A stretch of 52,577 nt of DNA from a candidate division WOR-3 bacterium (GTDB lineage: Bacteria > Hydrothermota > Tepidihabitantia > Tepidihabitantales > Tepidihabitantaceae). Location: contig CBFGIY010000006.1 in NCBI GenBank assembly GCA_965648935.1, positions 1 to 52,577 of the forward strand, written 5' to 3'. Within the stretch, counting starts at the first letter, position 1. The number at the start of each line of letters is the position of its first letter. The notes below the pieces were generated by a model. That model was not told the DNA's origin, did not search any database, and worked only from the letters and a program-made list of their open reading frames with translations. A program made the translations under genes and the position numbers. Below, one piece after another: positions 9,590-19,366 of this stretch.

Positions 9590-11191
9590 ATGAGAAAGAC
9601 AATACCGGTTCTTGCGGTCCTGTTCAGCCTGTGCAGTTTTGCAGCGGCTCAGACGCCGGCGCGGGTGAATGTCACCGACGTGGCGGTTGAGAAGCTGCTT
9701 GAAGGCGTCAGAGTTTCGATCGCCTGCACGGGGACGCCGAACGTCAGCTCGTTCGTGTCGAACAACCCGCCGGCAGTCGTCATCGATGTGATGGGCGCGA
9801 CGGTAAAGACGCCGCGCAGTCGGTTCGAGTCAAGCCTCTACCCGGTCAGTTCGGTGACGGTCGAGCCCAGCGAGGCCATCGACGGAGCGCGCATCACGGT
9901 GCGCCTGCGAGACATGGTCGAGCACCGCGTCACGACCGAGGCGGGGGTCATAGTTGTCGATCTCGGCGCGCGGCCGATACCCAAGGTACCGCCGTTGGCC
10001 GACTACCAGACCAAGGACCAGTTCGCGGGCAAGACGCTGACGATCTACGTCAAAGACGCCGAGATCGCCGACGTGCTGCGCATGATAGCGAGCCAGTTCA
10101 AGCTCAACATTCTCGTCACGCAGGATGTGAAGTCGGTGGTGACCGTGCGCTTGAGCGATGTCCCGCTGCGACTCGGCCTTGATGCGCTGCTCAAGGCGGC
10201 GTTGTGCAACATGGTCGAGGAAGCCAGCGGGGTGATCATTGTCAAGCCCCAGCGCAAGGAGATGTATGGCGAGATGCAGACCCGGGTCTTTCATCTCGAC
10301 TACCTCGAAGCGGTTGACGTCCTGAAGGCCATCGTCCACACGACGAGCCCGCAGGGCAAGACCGAGCAAGGCTACCGTCGCGTCGGCGCGGGCGGCGGCT
10401 CGGAGCGCAATTCCTACATCATCGTCACCGACTACCCGGAGGCGCTGGACCGGGTCGCTCAAGTCATCGCCGAGATGGACCGGCCGAGCCAGCAGGTACT
10501 GATTCAGGCGAAGTTCGTTGAGATCAACATCAACGACGAGGACCGGTTCGGCATCGACTGGAAGCTGGCCGCGGGGGCGGCGAGCGGCAAGGTCGACATC
10601 GGCGAGGAGGCTGCCTTCCCGCTGATCTTCAATAATATGGTCCTGGGCAAGGTGTCGTTCGACAAGATCAGCGCGTCGTTGGAGCTGCTGTCGACCCAGA
10701 ACCGCGCCCGCGTGCTGGCCAGCCCGGAGATAATGACGCTCGACAACCAGACGGCGAAGGTCGAGATGGGTACCGACTTCCCGCTGCGCGAGGTCACCAG
10801 CGACCCGCGGACCGGCTTGGTCACGTACACGTGGCGGACGAGGACAATCCCGGTCGCGCTTGAGGTCACGCCGCACGTGACGTCGGACGGCAGGATCACG
10901 ATGTACGTGAAGCCTAACGCCGAGCAGATAACCGGCTATACCGGGTCGGCCGACGAGCAGCGCCCGATCATATCCAAGCGCACGGCCGAGACCCAGATAA
11001 CTCTGGCCGACGGCGAGTCGGCGGTAATCGGCGGCCTGGTCAGAGAGAGCGAGGTCAAGACCGTGGGCAAGATACCGTTGCTCGGAGACATCCCGGTTCT
11101 CGGCCACCTGTTCAAGAAGACCTCGGTGCAGCGCAGCAAGACCGACCTGATGATAATCATCTCGCCCCACATCATGCGGGCGGAGGGCTAG
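9590..11191 (+). CDS. pilQ: Type IV pilus secretin PilQ (AMIN + STN/N domains + secretin)
   Basis: Signal peptide, AMIN-like domain, QVLIQAKFVE, VIGGL, KIPLLGDIPVLG.LFK, L.IIISP. Confidence 0.9.
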   Translation: MRKTIPVLAVLFSLCSFAAAQTPARVNVTDVAVEKLLEGVRVSIACTGTPNVSSFVSNNPPAVVIDVMGATVKTPRSRFESSLYPVSSVTVEPSEAIDGARITVRLRDMVEHRVTTEAGVIVVDLGARPIPKVPPLADYQTKDQFAGKTLTIYVKDAEIADVLRMIASQFKLNILVTQDVKSVVTVRLSDVPLRLGLDALLKAALCNMVEEASGVIIVKPQRKEMYGEMQTRVFHLDYLEAVDVLKAIVHTTSPQGKTEQGYRRVGAGGGSERNSYIIVTDYPEALDRVAQVIAEMDRPSQQVLIQAKFVEININDEDRFGIDWKLAAGAASGKVDIGEEAAFPLIFNNMVLGKVSFDKISASLELLSTQNRARVLASPEIMTLDNQTAKVEMGTDFPLREVTSDPRTGLVTYTWRTRTIPVALEVTPHVTSDGRITMYVKPNAEQITGYTGSADEQRPIISKRTAETQITLADGESAVIGGLVRESEVKTVGKIPLLGDIPVLGHLFKKTSVQRSKTDLMIIISPHIMRAEG

Positions 11192-11209
11192 CGCGGCGGC
11201 CGACCGCGC

Positions 11210-12340
11210 ATGAACATCGATGAGCTGTTGCGCTATGCGGCCAAGTATGGCGCCTCCGACCTCCACATAACGGTCGGGAACCCGCCCATCATCCGGGTGA
11301 TGGGACGGCTCAAGAAAATACCTGGACCAGCGCTTGCGCAGGAAGACGCGCAGGCGCTGGTCTTTTCGATACTGACCGAGGAGCAGCGCGCGCTGGTCGA
11401 GCGTAAGCGCGAGCTTGACCTCTCCTATACCTGGGGAACATCCCAGAGCGACGCACCGGCTGACGCGGTGAGCGTTGACTACACGACGCCGGAGAGGGTG
11501 CGGGCCCGGGTGAACGTGTTTCTGGACCAGTCGGGCATCGGCGGCGCGTTCCGGATAATCCCGGGGCGCATCCGCACTCTGGAGGAACTGCCGGCGCCAG
11601 CGTCCGTCGCGGAGCTGACCCGGCGGCCGTCCGGGCTCGTGCTGGTGACCGGGCCGACTGGCTGCGGCAAGTCGACGACGCTCGCGAGCATGATTGACCT
11701 CATCGACTCGGAGCGGTCGGCGCGGATTATTACGATCGAAGACCCGATCGAGTACGTGTTCCGCGGGCAAAACTGCCTGATAAGCCAGCGCGAGATCGGC
11801 ACGCACTCGCGGTCGTTCGCCGCGGCGCTGCGGGCCTGCCTGCGCGAGGACCCGGACGTGATACTAGTCGGGGAGATGCGTGACCTTGAGACGATCCGGC
11901 TGGCGCTCACCGCGGCCGAGACCGGGCACCTTGTGTTGTCAACGCTGCACACTAACAGTGTCGCCGAGACGGTTGACCGGGTGATTGATGTTTTCCCCCT
12001 GGACCAGCACGACTATGTCCGCCAGATACTGGCCAATGTCATCCGCGGCATCATTTCCCAGACGCTTGTGCCGCGCAAGGACGGCCGGGGCCGGGCTGCG
12101 GTGATGGAGGTACTGGTCGCGACGCCGGCCGTGAAGAACATGATCCGCGAGAGCAAGTCGCACCAGCTTTCCTCGCTGGTCCAGACCGGCTCGCAGTACG
12201 GCATGCAGAGTCTTGACCAGTGCCTGACCCAGCTCGTGCGCAAGGGAATCATAGCCTCGGACACGGCCTACGCCCTAGCCAACGAGAAGAAGCTTTTTAT
12301 GCCGCCGGACGGCGCGAACGGGGCCGCCAGCGGGCAGTGA
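11210..12340 (+). CDS. pilT: Pilus retraction ATPase PilT
   Basis: GASDLH, GPTGCGKSTT, TIEDPIEY, LREDPDVILVGEMRD, TGHLV.STLH, AVKNMIRE (AIRNLIRE motif). Confidence 0.92.
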   Translation: MNIDELLRYAAKYGASDLHITVGNPPIIRVMGRLKKIPGPALAQEDAQALVFSILTEEQRALVERKRELDLSYTWGTSQSDAPADAVSVDYTTPERVRARVNVFLDQSGIGGAFRIIPGRIRTLEELPAPASVAELTRRPSGLVLVTGPTGCGKSTTLASMIDLIDSERSARIITIEDPIEYVFRGQNCLISQREIGTHSRSFAAALRACLREDPDVILVGEMRDLETIRLALTAAETGHLVLSTLHTNSVAETVDRVIDVFPLDQHDYVRQILANVIRGIISQTLVPRKDGRGRAAVMEVLVATPAVKNMIRESKSHQLSSLVQTGSQYGMQSLDQCLTQLVRKGIIASDTAYALANEKKLFMPPDGANGAASGQ

Positions 12341-13125
12341 ACTGGCTGGTTGCCGCGCTGGCCGGGCTGGTCTTCGGCAGTTTCCTCAACGTCTGCATAC
12401 ACCGGATACCGCGCAACGAGTCAATCAACTACCCGCCGTCACGATGCCCGCGCTGCAAGCGGCGAATCCGGCCCTGGGACAACATACCGGTATTGAGCTA
12501 TGTCCTGCTGGGCGGGCGGTGCCGCGATTGCCGCAAGCCGATCTCGCTGCGCTACCCGCTGGTCGAAGCGCTGACCGCCGGTCTATTCGTTGCGGCGCTG
12601 GCCCGGTTCGGGCTCACCTTAGCCTTGGTCAAGGCGCTGGTCCTAGTCTGTCTGCTCATCGTCACGGCGTTCATCGACCTTGACCACTTCATACTGCCCT
12701 ACCGCCTTACGCTGCCCGGGGTGGTCCTGGGCGTGGCAGGCAGTCTTCTTCCGCCCCGGATGGTGGTCGATTCGCTTCTGGGCGCGGCGGCGGGCGCGGG
12801 TTTCGTGCTCGGTGCGTGGCTTCTGTGGCGGTTCGTGCTGGCCGGCATCTTCCGGCGTTTCGGCGTGGACCAGAAGGAGGGGATGGGCTGGGGTGACCTG
12901 CCCTATGCCGCGATGATCGGAGCTTTCCTCGGCTGGCGCAGCCTGATTGTTGCTCTCTTCGCTGCGGTCGCGGCCGGTGTTGTCGTCGGGGCGGTCGTGC
13001 GTTCGGTCGGTCGTCTGGGCCGTGGCCAGCAGATGCCCTTCGGCCCTTTCCTTGCCATTGGCGCGCTGGTCGGACTGTTTTTCGGTGAAGTGGTGTTCCG
13101 CTGGTACCTGGGCCTGATGGTCTGA
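12337..13125 (+). CDS. pilD: Prepilin peptidase PilD (A24)
   Basis: GSFLNVCIHR, CPRC/CRDC Zn motifs, FID, GMGWGD, PFGPFL; GTG overlapping pilT stop. Confidence 0.92.
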   Translation: MNWLVAALAGLVFGSFLNVCIHRIPRNESINYPPSRCPRCKRRIRPWDNIPVLSYVLLGGRCRDCRKPISLRYPLVEALTAGLFVAALARFGLTLALVKALVLVCLLIVTAFIDLDHFILPYRLTLPGVVLGVAGSLLPPRMVVDSLLGAAAGAGFVLGAWLLWRFVLAGIFRRFGVDQKEGMGWGDLPYAAMIGAFLGWRSLIVALFAAVAAGVVVGAVVRSVGRLGRGQQMPFGPFLAIGALVGLFFGEVVFRWYLGLMV

Positions 13126-13141
13126 CCTGTCAACTGCGCAG

Positions 13142-13180
13142 AAAAAGAGGGGGAGGCCTGCAGGCCTCCCCCTCGGCTTT
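13142..13180. terminator. Intrinsic terminator between convergent pilD and ompA-like gene
   Basis: Palindrome GAGGGGGAGGCCTGCAGGCCTCCCCCTC flanked by an A-run and GGCTTT. Confidence 0.8.
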
Positions 13181-13195
13181 CTGGAGAGCTCCGAG

Positions 13196-15103
13196 TTACT
13201 TAAGGATCACGAAGTCGACGCGGCGGTTTAGCGCCCGACCTTCCTCGGTGTTGTTGGAAGCCACCGGCTGGGTCAGGCCGTAGCCCTTGGCCACGAGGCG
13301 CTGGGCATCTATGCCGCCGTACTGCACGAGGTAGTTGACCACGGAGTAGGCGCGGCGCTCGGACAGTGTGAGGTTGCCCTGGGCCGAACCGATGCTGTCG
13401 GTGTGGCCCTGGATTTCGACCCGGATGTCGGGGTTATCCTTGAGTATCTGGGCGGCGTCATTCAGCGCGATGAATGACTCGGGCCGCAACGTGGCCTTGC
13501 CGAACTCGAAGTACACGCCGCGCAGGGTCAGTACCATACCCTTCTGCACCATTTCGAAGTTGCGCACGGTCGAGTCGCCCTTGCTTATCGCGAAGGTGGC
13601 AGTCTGAGGCAGGTAACCTTCGGCTTCGACCTTGACGTCAAACGAGCCGACCGGCAGCTCGGCGGCGAAGGTTCCGGTTGCCGGGTTGGTGCCGAGGGCG
13701 GGGCGCTGGACGCTGGTGAAGGTCACAGTCGCGGCGAGAGGCGTGCCGGTCTTGCGGTCGGAAACCTTGCCCGCGAACCAGCCCTTCATGTTCTCGGCGA
13801 CGAGCGCGAACTCGAGGCGGGTGACGCCGCCGTCCTCGACTTCGACCAGACGCTGTTCGGTGAAGTAACCGGGCTGGGCGGCCTCAACGCCGACAAGCCC
13901 GGCAGGCACGCGGTCGGTGCGGAAGAACCCGGTCCGCTCGTTCGCCTGCACGGCGGCGATGTCGGATTCGGGGAAGCGGATCTCGGCCGCCATCGGCTTG
14001 CCGGTGTACTTGTCATAGACGCGGCCGGCGACCGTGCCGTAGGGCACGAGCGGCTTGAGCTCGAAGGTGTAGGTGGCATAACCCTGGTCCGTGATGACCA
14101 GCGGCACGGCCTCGGGAATGTAGCCGTCAGCCGATGCCTCGACGACGATGACCCCGGTCGGCGCTTTCTGCAGGAAGAAGATGCCGGTTTCGCTGTCAGT
14201 CGTCATTTTGCGGAACTTGCGGTTGGGCGAGCTGATGGTTGCCTCGAGCGGCAGGCCGGAGCGCGCGTCCTTGACCTTGCCGGCAAGCCGGCCCCACGGC
14301 CGAGGCTTGGGTTTGGGGAACGGCGAAACGAAGCTGAAGCCGACAATTGCCTGGTAGTCAGGTACGCTGTCCGTGAGCCCGATTTCGACGCCGCCGTTGA
14401 GGTGGAAGTACGGAATCTTGACGCGGACGCCGGGAGTGATGCGGGCCTTGGCGGTGCCGTCAAGGAAGCCACCGCCGGCGACCGGTTCGGAAGTCGCCTC
14501 GATGAACAGGTCGATTGCGTCGGAAGCCATCTCGACGCCGATGCCGGCGAAGCGGGGTACGTCGTCGGAGAAGCCCTGGCCGTAGTTGATCATCAGCGTC
14601 GGCAGGGTCTTGTAGATGTCCCAGAGGCGCAGCGCGCCGATAGCGCGCCAGTAGGCACCCTTGTTGGCGAGCCCTTCCATGTAGCCGGGCCGGCTATGGT
14701 CGGCCTTCTCCATCGCGTAGTGGGCCGAGCCGGCAAGCTTGAGCACCGGCAGGAACGGGATCGACAGCTTGGCACCCAGTATCTGGCCCTGCCAGTCGTA
14801 CTTCAGCGAGTTCACATCGGTCTCGTAGCTGAGGACGCCGGCAAGCGAGCCGAACATCTCCAGCACGGGGAACGGAGCGTAGCTGATCTCGAACCCGTAG
14901 AGCGGGCCGAAGTAGAGCATCGATTCGTGGATTGTAGGCTGGCGGCTCCACATCCAGCGGTTGGCGAAGACCAGGGCGCCGTCTTCCTCGACGCGCGCGT
15001 CCTGCACACGGAACAGGCCGCGGCCTCCGCCCAGTGCCGGATCGGCAATGGCGGTACCCGCGGCCAGCAGCACCAGCAGAGCAAGGACCTTGATACGTCT
15101 CAT
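13196..15103 (-). CDS. OmpA-family OM protein: N-terminal barrel-like region + 3 carboxypeptidase-regulatory-like repeats + OmpA C domain
   Basis: Signal peptide, three G.V.D..TG.P..A repeats, EIQGHTDS.G...NL.LSERRA, NRRVDF; start at ATG 15103 after GGAGG. Confidence 0.88.
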   Translation of the reverse strand: MRRIKVLALLVLLAAGTAIADPALGGGRGLFRVQDARVEEDGALVFANRWMWSRQPTIHESMLYFGPLYGFEISYAPFPVLEMFGSLAGVLSYETDVNSLKYDWQGQILGAKLSIPFLPVLKLAGSAHYAMEKADHSRPGYMEGLANKGAYWRAIGALRLWDIYKTLPTLMINYGQGFSDDVPRFAGIGVEMASDAIDLFIEATSEPVAGGGFLDGTAKARITPGVRVKIPYFHLNGGVEIGLTDSVPDYQAIVGFSFVSPFPKPKPRPWGRLAGKVKDARSGLPLEATISSPNRKFRKMTTDSETGIFFLQKAPTGVIVVEASADGYIPEAVPLVITDQGYATYTFELKPLVPYGTVAGRVYDKYTGKPMAAEIRFPESDIAAVQANERTGFFRTDRVPAGLVGVEAAQPGYFTEQRLVEVEDGGVTRLEFALVAENMKGWFAGKVSDRKTGTPLAATVTFTSVQRPALGTNPATGTFAAELPVGSFDVKVEAEGYLPQTATFAISKGDSTVRNFEMVQKGMVLTLRGVYFEFGKATLRPESFIALNDAAQILKDNPDIRVEIQGHTDSIGSAQGNLTLSERRAYSVVNYLVQYGGIDAQRLVAKGYGLTQPVASNNTEEGRALNRRVDFVILK

Positions 15104-15166
15104 GTGACCTCCCTGCAGACCTTTGGTCTGCGGCTCGGGCATTGTCAACCGACTGACTTCTGCGAA

Positions 15167-15194
15167 ATTGTAGCAAACCTCGAATCGGTGTCAA
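15167..15194 (-). promoter_or_regulatory. sigma70 promoter
   Basis: Minus strand TTGACA-16nt-TACAAT. Confidence 0.65.
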
Positions 15195-15230
15195 GTGGCC
15201 GAAACTTTGGCGGTTAGGTCCCTGCGCCGC

Positions 15231-15268
15231 AAACAAGGCACAGGGGGAGGCCGAAGCCTCCCCCTGTG
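15231..15268 (-). terminator. Intrinsic terminator
   Basis: 13-bp stem CACAGGGGGAGGC/GCCTCCCCCTGTG, TTCG loop on minus strand, followed by CCTTGTTTG. Confidence 0.7.
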
Positions 15269-15283
15269 GTCGGTCAGTATGCC

Positions 15284-17281
15284 TTACTGGCCGAGGATCA
15301 CGAACTCGACGCGGCGGTTGAGCGCGCGTCCCTCGGGGGTCGAGTTATCGGCGATCGGCATCGTCAGGCCGTAACCGCGCGCGGTCAGGCGGCTGGCGGC
15401 GATGCCGTGGTTCTGGACGAGGTAAGCCACGACCGCGGCGGCGCGGCCTTCGGACAGGCGCAGGTTGTACTCAGCCGAACCCTGGCTGTCGGTGTGACCC
15501 TGTATTTCGACCCGGATGGTCGGGTTGTCGGTGAGTATCTTCGCCGCGTCGGCGAGCGCAGCACGCGACTCCGGCTTGATGGTGGTCTTGTTGACGTCGA
15601 AGAAGATGCCCTTCAGCGTGATGGTCATCCCTTCTTTCACCATCTCGAAGTTGCGAATCTGCGGCTTGCCTTCTTCGATGATCAGCGCCGCGGTCTGGTC
15701 GAGGTAACCCGCGGCCGACACCTTGACGGTGTACGGGCCGGGCGGCAGTTCGGTGGAGTAGACGCCGGTGACGCCGTCAACGGAGAGGTCCGGGGCGGCG
15801 CCCATGAAGCTGATGGTCGCGGGGAGCGCGGCGCCGCTGGACTTGTCCGAGACCTTGCCTGAGAGCAGGACCCGGGCGACCGTCGATGACACCAGCTCAA
15901 ACGGCGCGTTGGCGACCCGGTCTTCCTCAACCGCGACGGTCTGGGAGCCGGGATAGTAGTCGGGAGCGGAGGCCGAGACCGTGTACACGCCGACCGGGAC
16001 GTTCTCCAGCTTGAAGGCGCCGGTGGCCGGGTCAGCGCTGACCGCTGCGACTTCGGTGCCGGGCACTTCGATCCGGGCGGCGATCGGCTGGCGGGTCCGG
16101 GCGTCGACCACGCTGCCGGCGATGACGCCGTAGGTCACGAGCGGCCGGAGCTTGAACTCGAACTGCGAGACGCCGTCACCCGAGACGTTGATGGGGACCG
16201 ACTGGCGCTGGTAACCGTCAAGCGACACGTCGACGACGACGATGCCGGCCTTGACGTTTTCAACCTTGAAGACGCCGGTGACCGGGTCAGAGGTGAGCGG
16301 TTTGAGCTTGGGGTTCTCAGGGAAGGCCACGTTGGCGGCGAGGGCCGCTCCCGTGCGGGCATCGGTAACGGTCGCCACGATCGTGCCGATCTCGGGCGGC
16401 AGGCGCCTGCCGAACGGCGTGGCGAGGCTCAGGCCGAGGACGAACTCGTCCGCGTCGTAGGTCGCCGGGGCGATGGTGTAGCCGAGCTTGAAGGTCAGAC
16501 CCGAGGTGGCCTTGCCGAAGGCGACGCCGGGAGTGATGCGGACGTGACCGCCGTCTTCATAGCTGAAGATCCCGCTGGAGTTCGGCGGCTGGAGCGACTG
16601 CGCCTCGACGAACAGGGCAAAGCCCTTGGCGGCCAGTTCGAGGCCGGCACCGTACGCAGTGTAGTCGATGACGGCATCCATGTCCGGGCTAGCCACGGGA
16701 ACCTTGCCGTAGTTTAGCATGATGTTGGGCAGGCTCTTGGCGATGTCCTGAAAGTGAAGCGAAGCGAGCCCGGACCACGAAAGGCCCCAACGCTCGGTCT
16801 GCGGCACCGCAAATGGGTCAAGCCACTCTCTGTCGATGCTGCGGGGCAGGAAGTTCATCGATGCCATGCCGCCCAGTTTGAGGACCGGGATAATGGGCAC
16901 AGACAGCTTGGCGCCGGCCTTGAGGTCGTGGGCGCCGACGTCAAAGACCCGGCCGGTCTTCTCGTCCGATTTCAGGTCGGCATACTGGAACACGCCCCCG
17001 AACGACCCGAACAGCTCGAGCCCGACGTACTTGGTCGCCAGCGGGGCGTAGTTCAGCTCCGGGGCGATGAGGTCGGCCGCGAACTCCTGGTTCGGCCAGT
17101 AACGGTCGCCGAAGGTCGAGTAGTGACCCAGGGCGTGCAGCGAAATGGACAGGCCCGCCTCGTTCTCGACGAGCGGGTTCTGGACGCGGAACAGGCCGCG
17201 TCCGCCGCCGATGCCGGGATAGGCCAGCGCCAGCACCGGCAGGGTCAGCAGCAGGGTCAGTACTTGTTTGTGGGTCTTCAT
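15284..17281 (-). CDS. OmpA-family OM protein, paralogue of 13196-15103
   Basis: Same architecture, GGGRGLFRVQ N-terminal motif, GHTDS and NRRVEF; start MKTHK after GAGGAGG. Confidence 0.88.
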   Translation of the reverse strand: MKTHKQVLTLLLTLPVLALAYPGIGGGRGLFRVQNPLVENEAGLSISLHALGHYSTFGDRYWPNQEFAADLIAPELNYAPLATKYVGLELFGSFGGVFQYADLKSDEKTGRVFDVGAHDLKAGAKLSVPIIPVLKLGGMASMNFLPRSIDREWLDPFAVPQTERWGLSWSGLASLHFQDIAKSLPNIMLNYGKVPVASPDMDAVIDYTAYGAGLELAAKGFALFVEAQSLQPPNSSGIFSYEDGGHVRITPGVAFGKATSGLTFKLGYTIAPATYDADEFVLGLSLATPFGRRLPPEIGTIVATVTDARTGAALAANVAFPENPKLKPLTSDPVTGVFKVENVKAGIVVVDVSLDGYQRQSVPINVSGDGVSQFEFKLRPLVTYGVIAGSVVDARTRQPIAARIEVPGTEVAAVSADPATGAFKLENVPVGVYTVSASAPDYYPGSQTVAVEEDRVANAPFELVSSTVARVLLSGKVSDKSSGAALPATISFMGAAPDLSVDGVTGVYSTELPPGPYTVKVSAAGYLDQTAALIIEEGKPQIRNFEMVKEGMTITLKGIFFDVNKTTIKPESRAALADAAKILTDNPTIRVEIQGHTDSQGSAEYNLRLSEGRAAAVVAYLVQNHGIAASRLTARGYGLTMPIADNSTPEGRALNRRVEFVILGQ

Positions 17282-17371
17282 AGGTCTTCCTCCTCTCGGG
17301 CTTTCTGTGTTGCCAGGCGGAACTAAGAAGTTACAGGGCAGCACGTTATGGCCGTCCCATAGCATTGGACT

Positions 17372-17399
17372 ATAATATGGCGCAGGCAGATTCTGTCAA
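17372..17399 (-). promoter_or_regulatory. sigma70 promoter
   Basis: Minus strand TTGACA-16nt-TATTAT. Confidence 0.6.
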
Positions 17400-17485
17400 T
17401 AGCCTGATGGTTGGCTCTCCGCTGGCCGGCAGACAAACCGGATGGCCGCCCGCAGGCGGCCATCCGAATGCGTCCCGTGGCTGCG

Positions 17486-18097
17486 CTAGTTGCCGATGCG
17501 GCTCGGGTCGTCGTAGAGGTTGCCGACTACGACGCGGAACTTGGCCACGCACTGCACGTCGCGGCCGGTGAGCGAGTCGGTGGCCTGGAGCGTGAGCGTG
17601 CCGTCGACTTCATCGATGATCTCCAGGTCGTCGGGCTGGTCCGCGATGTCGTCGCCGTACTGCTCTATGAGCCAGGAGGCCGGCACGAGCTGGGCCTTTG
17701 CCTTGACCGTGCGGCGGCCTTCACGGTCGGCCATCACGGCGATGTTAAGCGGAAGGGTCACGCGGCCGCGGTCCACGCCTGAGGCGCTCTTGTAGATTAT
17801 CCGGCCCGTGTGGACGATGGCCTGGTATGGGGTCCAGGTCGGCAGTCCCGAGCCAATCTCGACGTACTGAAGAACCAGTTCGGCGTTCTGCGAGGGCGTG
17901 ATGCTGATGAGTTCGGGTTCAGCCTCGGGGTCGGTGGGGTCGGTGTAGAGGCCGAAGTCGGCCAGGTCGGCATTGATCGGCAAATTGTCGTTGACCGATG
18001 TGACGCGCAGAACGTTCTGCTGCTGGCAGCCGGAGCCGACTAGAACAATGCTGGCAAGAGCCAGGAAACCGAGCAGGCCTGAGCCCAGACGACGCAT
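17486..18097 (-). CDS. Hypothetical lipoprotein
   Basis: MRRLGSGLLGFLALASIVLVGSG|C lipobox, SD AAGGAGG, upstream TTGACA-16-TAAAAT promoter (18128-18155). Confidence 0.7.
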   Translation of the reverse strand: MRRLGSGLLGFLALASIVLVGSGCQQQNVLRVTSVNDNLPINADLADFGLYTDPTDPEAEPELISITPSQNAELVLQYVEIGSGLPTWTPYQAIVHTGRIIYKSASGVDRGRVTLPLNIAVMADREGRRTVKAKAQLVPASWLIEQYGDDIADQPDDLEIIDEVDGTLTLQATDSLTGRDVQCVAKFRVVVGNLYDDPSRIGN

Positions 18098-18199
18098 ACG
18101 CTTCCTCCTTATGACAGTCACAATACTATTTTACAATCGGCCTTCGCGGTGTCAAGCGCTGTAGCGCAACCCCGCGGTAATGCGTCAGTTGCCGCCGTA

Positions 18200-18622
18200 T
18201 CACGCTTCAACGATGCGCCAGGTGAAGTCGACCGGGCAACTGCGGCGCAGCATTGCCGATACCGAGCAGTAACGTTCCTGCGAGAGCTCGATTGCCCGCT
18301 TGACTTTCTCGCTGTCGACGCCGCGGCCAGTGATGACGTACTCGACGTCGATGCGCGTGTACACGCTCGGGTGGTCTTCGGACTTGTCGGCGGTGATGTT
18401 CATCTCGATCCCGGTGAAATCGACGCGCATCTTCCTGAGCAGGGAGACGACGTCCATCCCGGTACAGCCGCCCAGCGCTATGAGCAGCAGTTCGAGCGGC
18501 CGGGTGGCGGAGTTCTCACCACCGAAGTCGGGGGCGGCGTCCATCGGCACGAGGTGATTCGACCCGGCGCGGCCGACAAACTGCATCGCGCCGGCCCAGC
18601 GGATTCGTGCTTCGTGCTTCAT
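18200..18622 (-). CDS. OsmC/Ohr family protein (YhfA-like)
   Basis: P.ELLL.ALGGCTGMDV and LS.ERYCSVS motifs; start MKHEA. Confidence 0.9.
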   Translation of the reverse strand: MKHEARIRWAGAMQFVGRAGSNHLVPMDAAPDFGGENSATRPLELLLIALGGCTGMDVVSLLRKMRVDFTGIEMNITADKSEDHPSVYTRIDVEYVITGRGVDSEKVKRAIELSQERYCSVSAMLRRSCPVDFTWRIVEA

Positions 18623-18639
18623 TCGATAGTGCCTTTCTT

Positions 18640-19365
18640 CTAGAACCTGCGCAGTATGTTGAAGCCGATGCGGAACCGGCCCTTGAGGATGTCGCGGTTG
18701 GCCGATGAGAACCAGGCCGGTGCGGTCTGGGCCCAGGAGTTGCCCGCGACGAGCGTGAAGTTGTGCCAGCCGAGCCGTTTGTCCAGCGCGAGGTTCCACG
18801 CGACGAGGTCGCGTTCGCCGAGCAGCACCGGCTCTGTCTCCAGGCCGAGCGAGAGGCCGTTGCCCAGGTTGCCGACTGCGCCGAGGCCGAGCGACACGAA
18901 GGGGTCGTCAAGGCCGGCAAGGCTCGCGGTCACGCGCGGCATCGCCAGGAGGTGCAGTCGCCCGGCGAGGGTCCACGGCACGGCCAGCGCAAGATTGGCC
19001 CATGTGTTGCCTGAACCGAAGTCGACGACGTTGGCGCCGATGCCGGCGCAGAGCACGGTCCAGCGCGTCGGCGCGTACGCGCCGCGCAGGCCGACTTCCT
19101 TGTTCGGCTCGTTGCTGAACCACGCGCCGGCGCCGGCCCTGCGGCCGATGCCGTGGTCGAAGGTCAGCAGCACGTTGGCCGTGCGGAAGAAGTTGAGCAG
19201 GTTGCCTTCAAGCACCGAGTTGTCCTCGGCCGACAGGAAGCGGTGCGAGATGCCGAACTGCCAGGCCCCGCTCTCGAGCAGACGGCCAGAGGGCAGGGTG
19301 GCGATGCGCTCGGGCGGGAACGCGGCGGCTGCGAGGAGCAGCAGGCCGGTCAAGGCTCCGGCCAC
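18640..19365 (-). CDS. DUF5777-like outer-membrane beta-barrel
   Basis: F.ISHRF motif, GWHNF.L..GNS, C-terminal IGFNILRRF; probable GTG start right after upstream stop. Confidence 0.7.
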   Translation of the reverse strand: MAGALTGLLLLAAAAFPPERIATLPSGRLLESGAWQFGISHRFLSAEDNSVLEGNLLNFFRTANVLLTFDHGIGRRAGAGAWFSNEPNKEVGLRGAYAPTRWTVLCAGIGANVVDFGSGNTWANLALAVPWTLAGRLHLLAMPRVTASLAGLDDPFVSLGLGAVGNLGNGLSLGLETEPVLLGERDLVAWNLALDKRLGWHNFTLVAGNSWAQTAPAWFSSANRDILKGRFRIGFNILRRF

Positions 19366-19366
19366 G

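Noticed and set aside
18200..18622. OsmC as a second selenoprotein
   Set aside because: Both catalytic positions are Cys codons; no in-frame TGA
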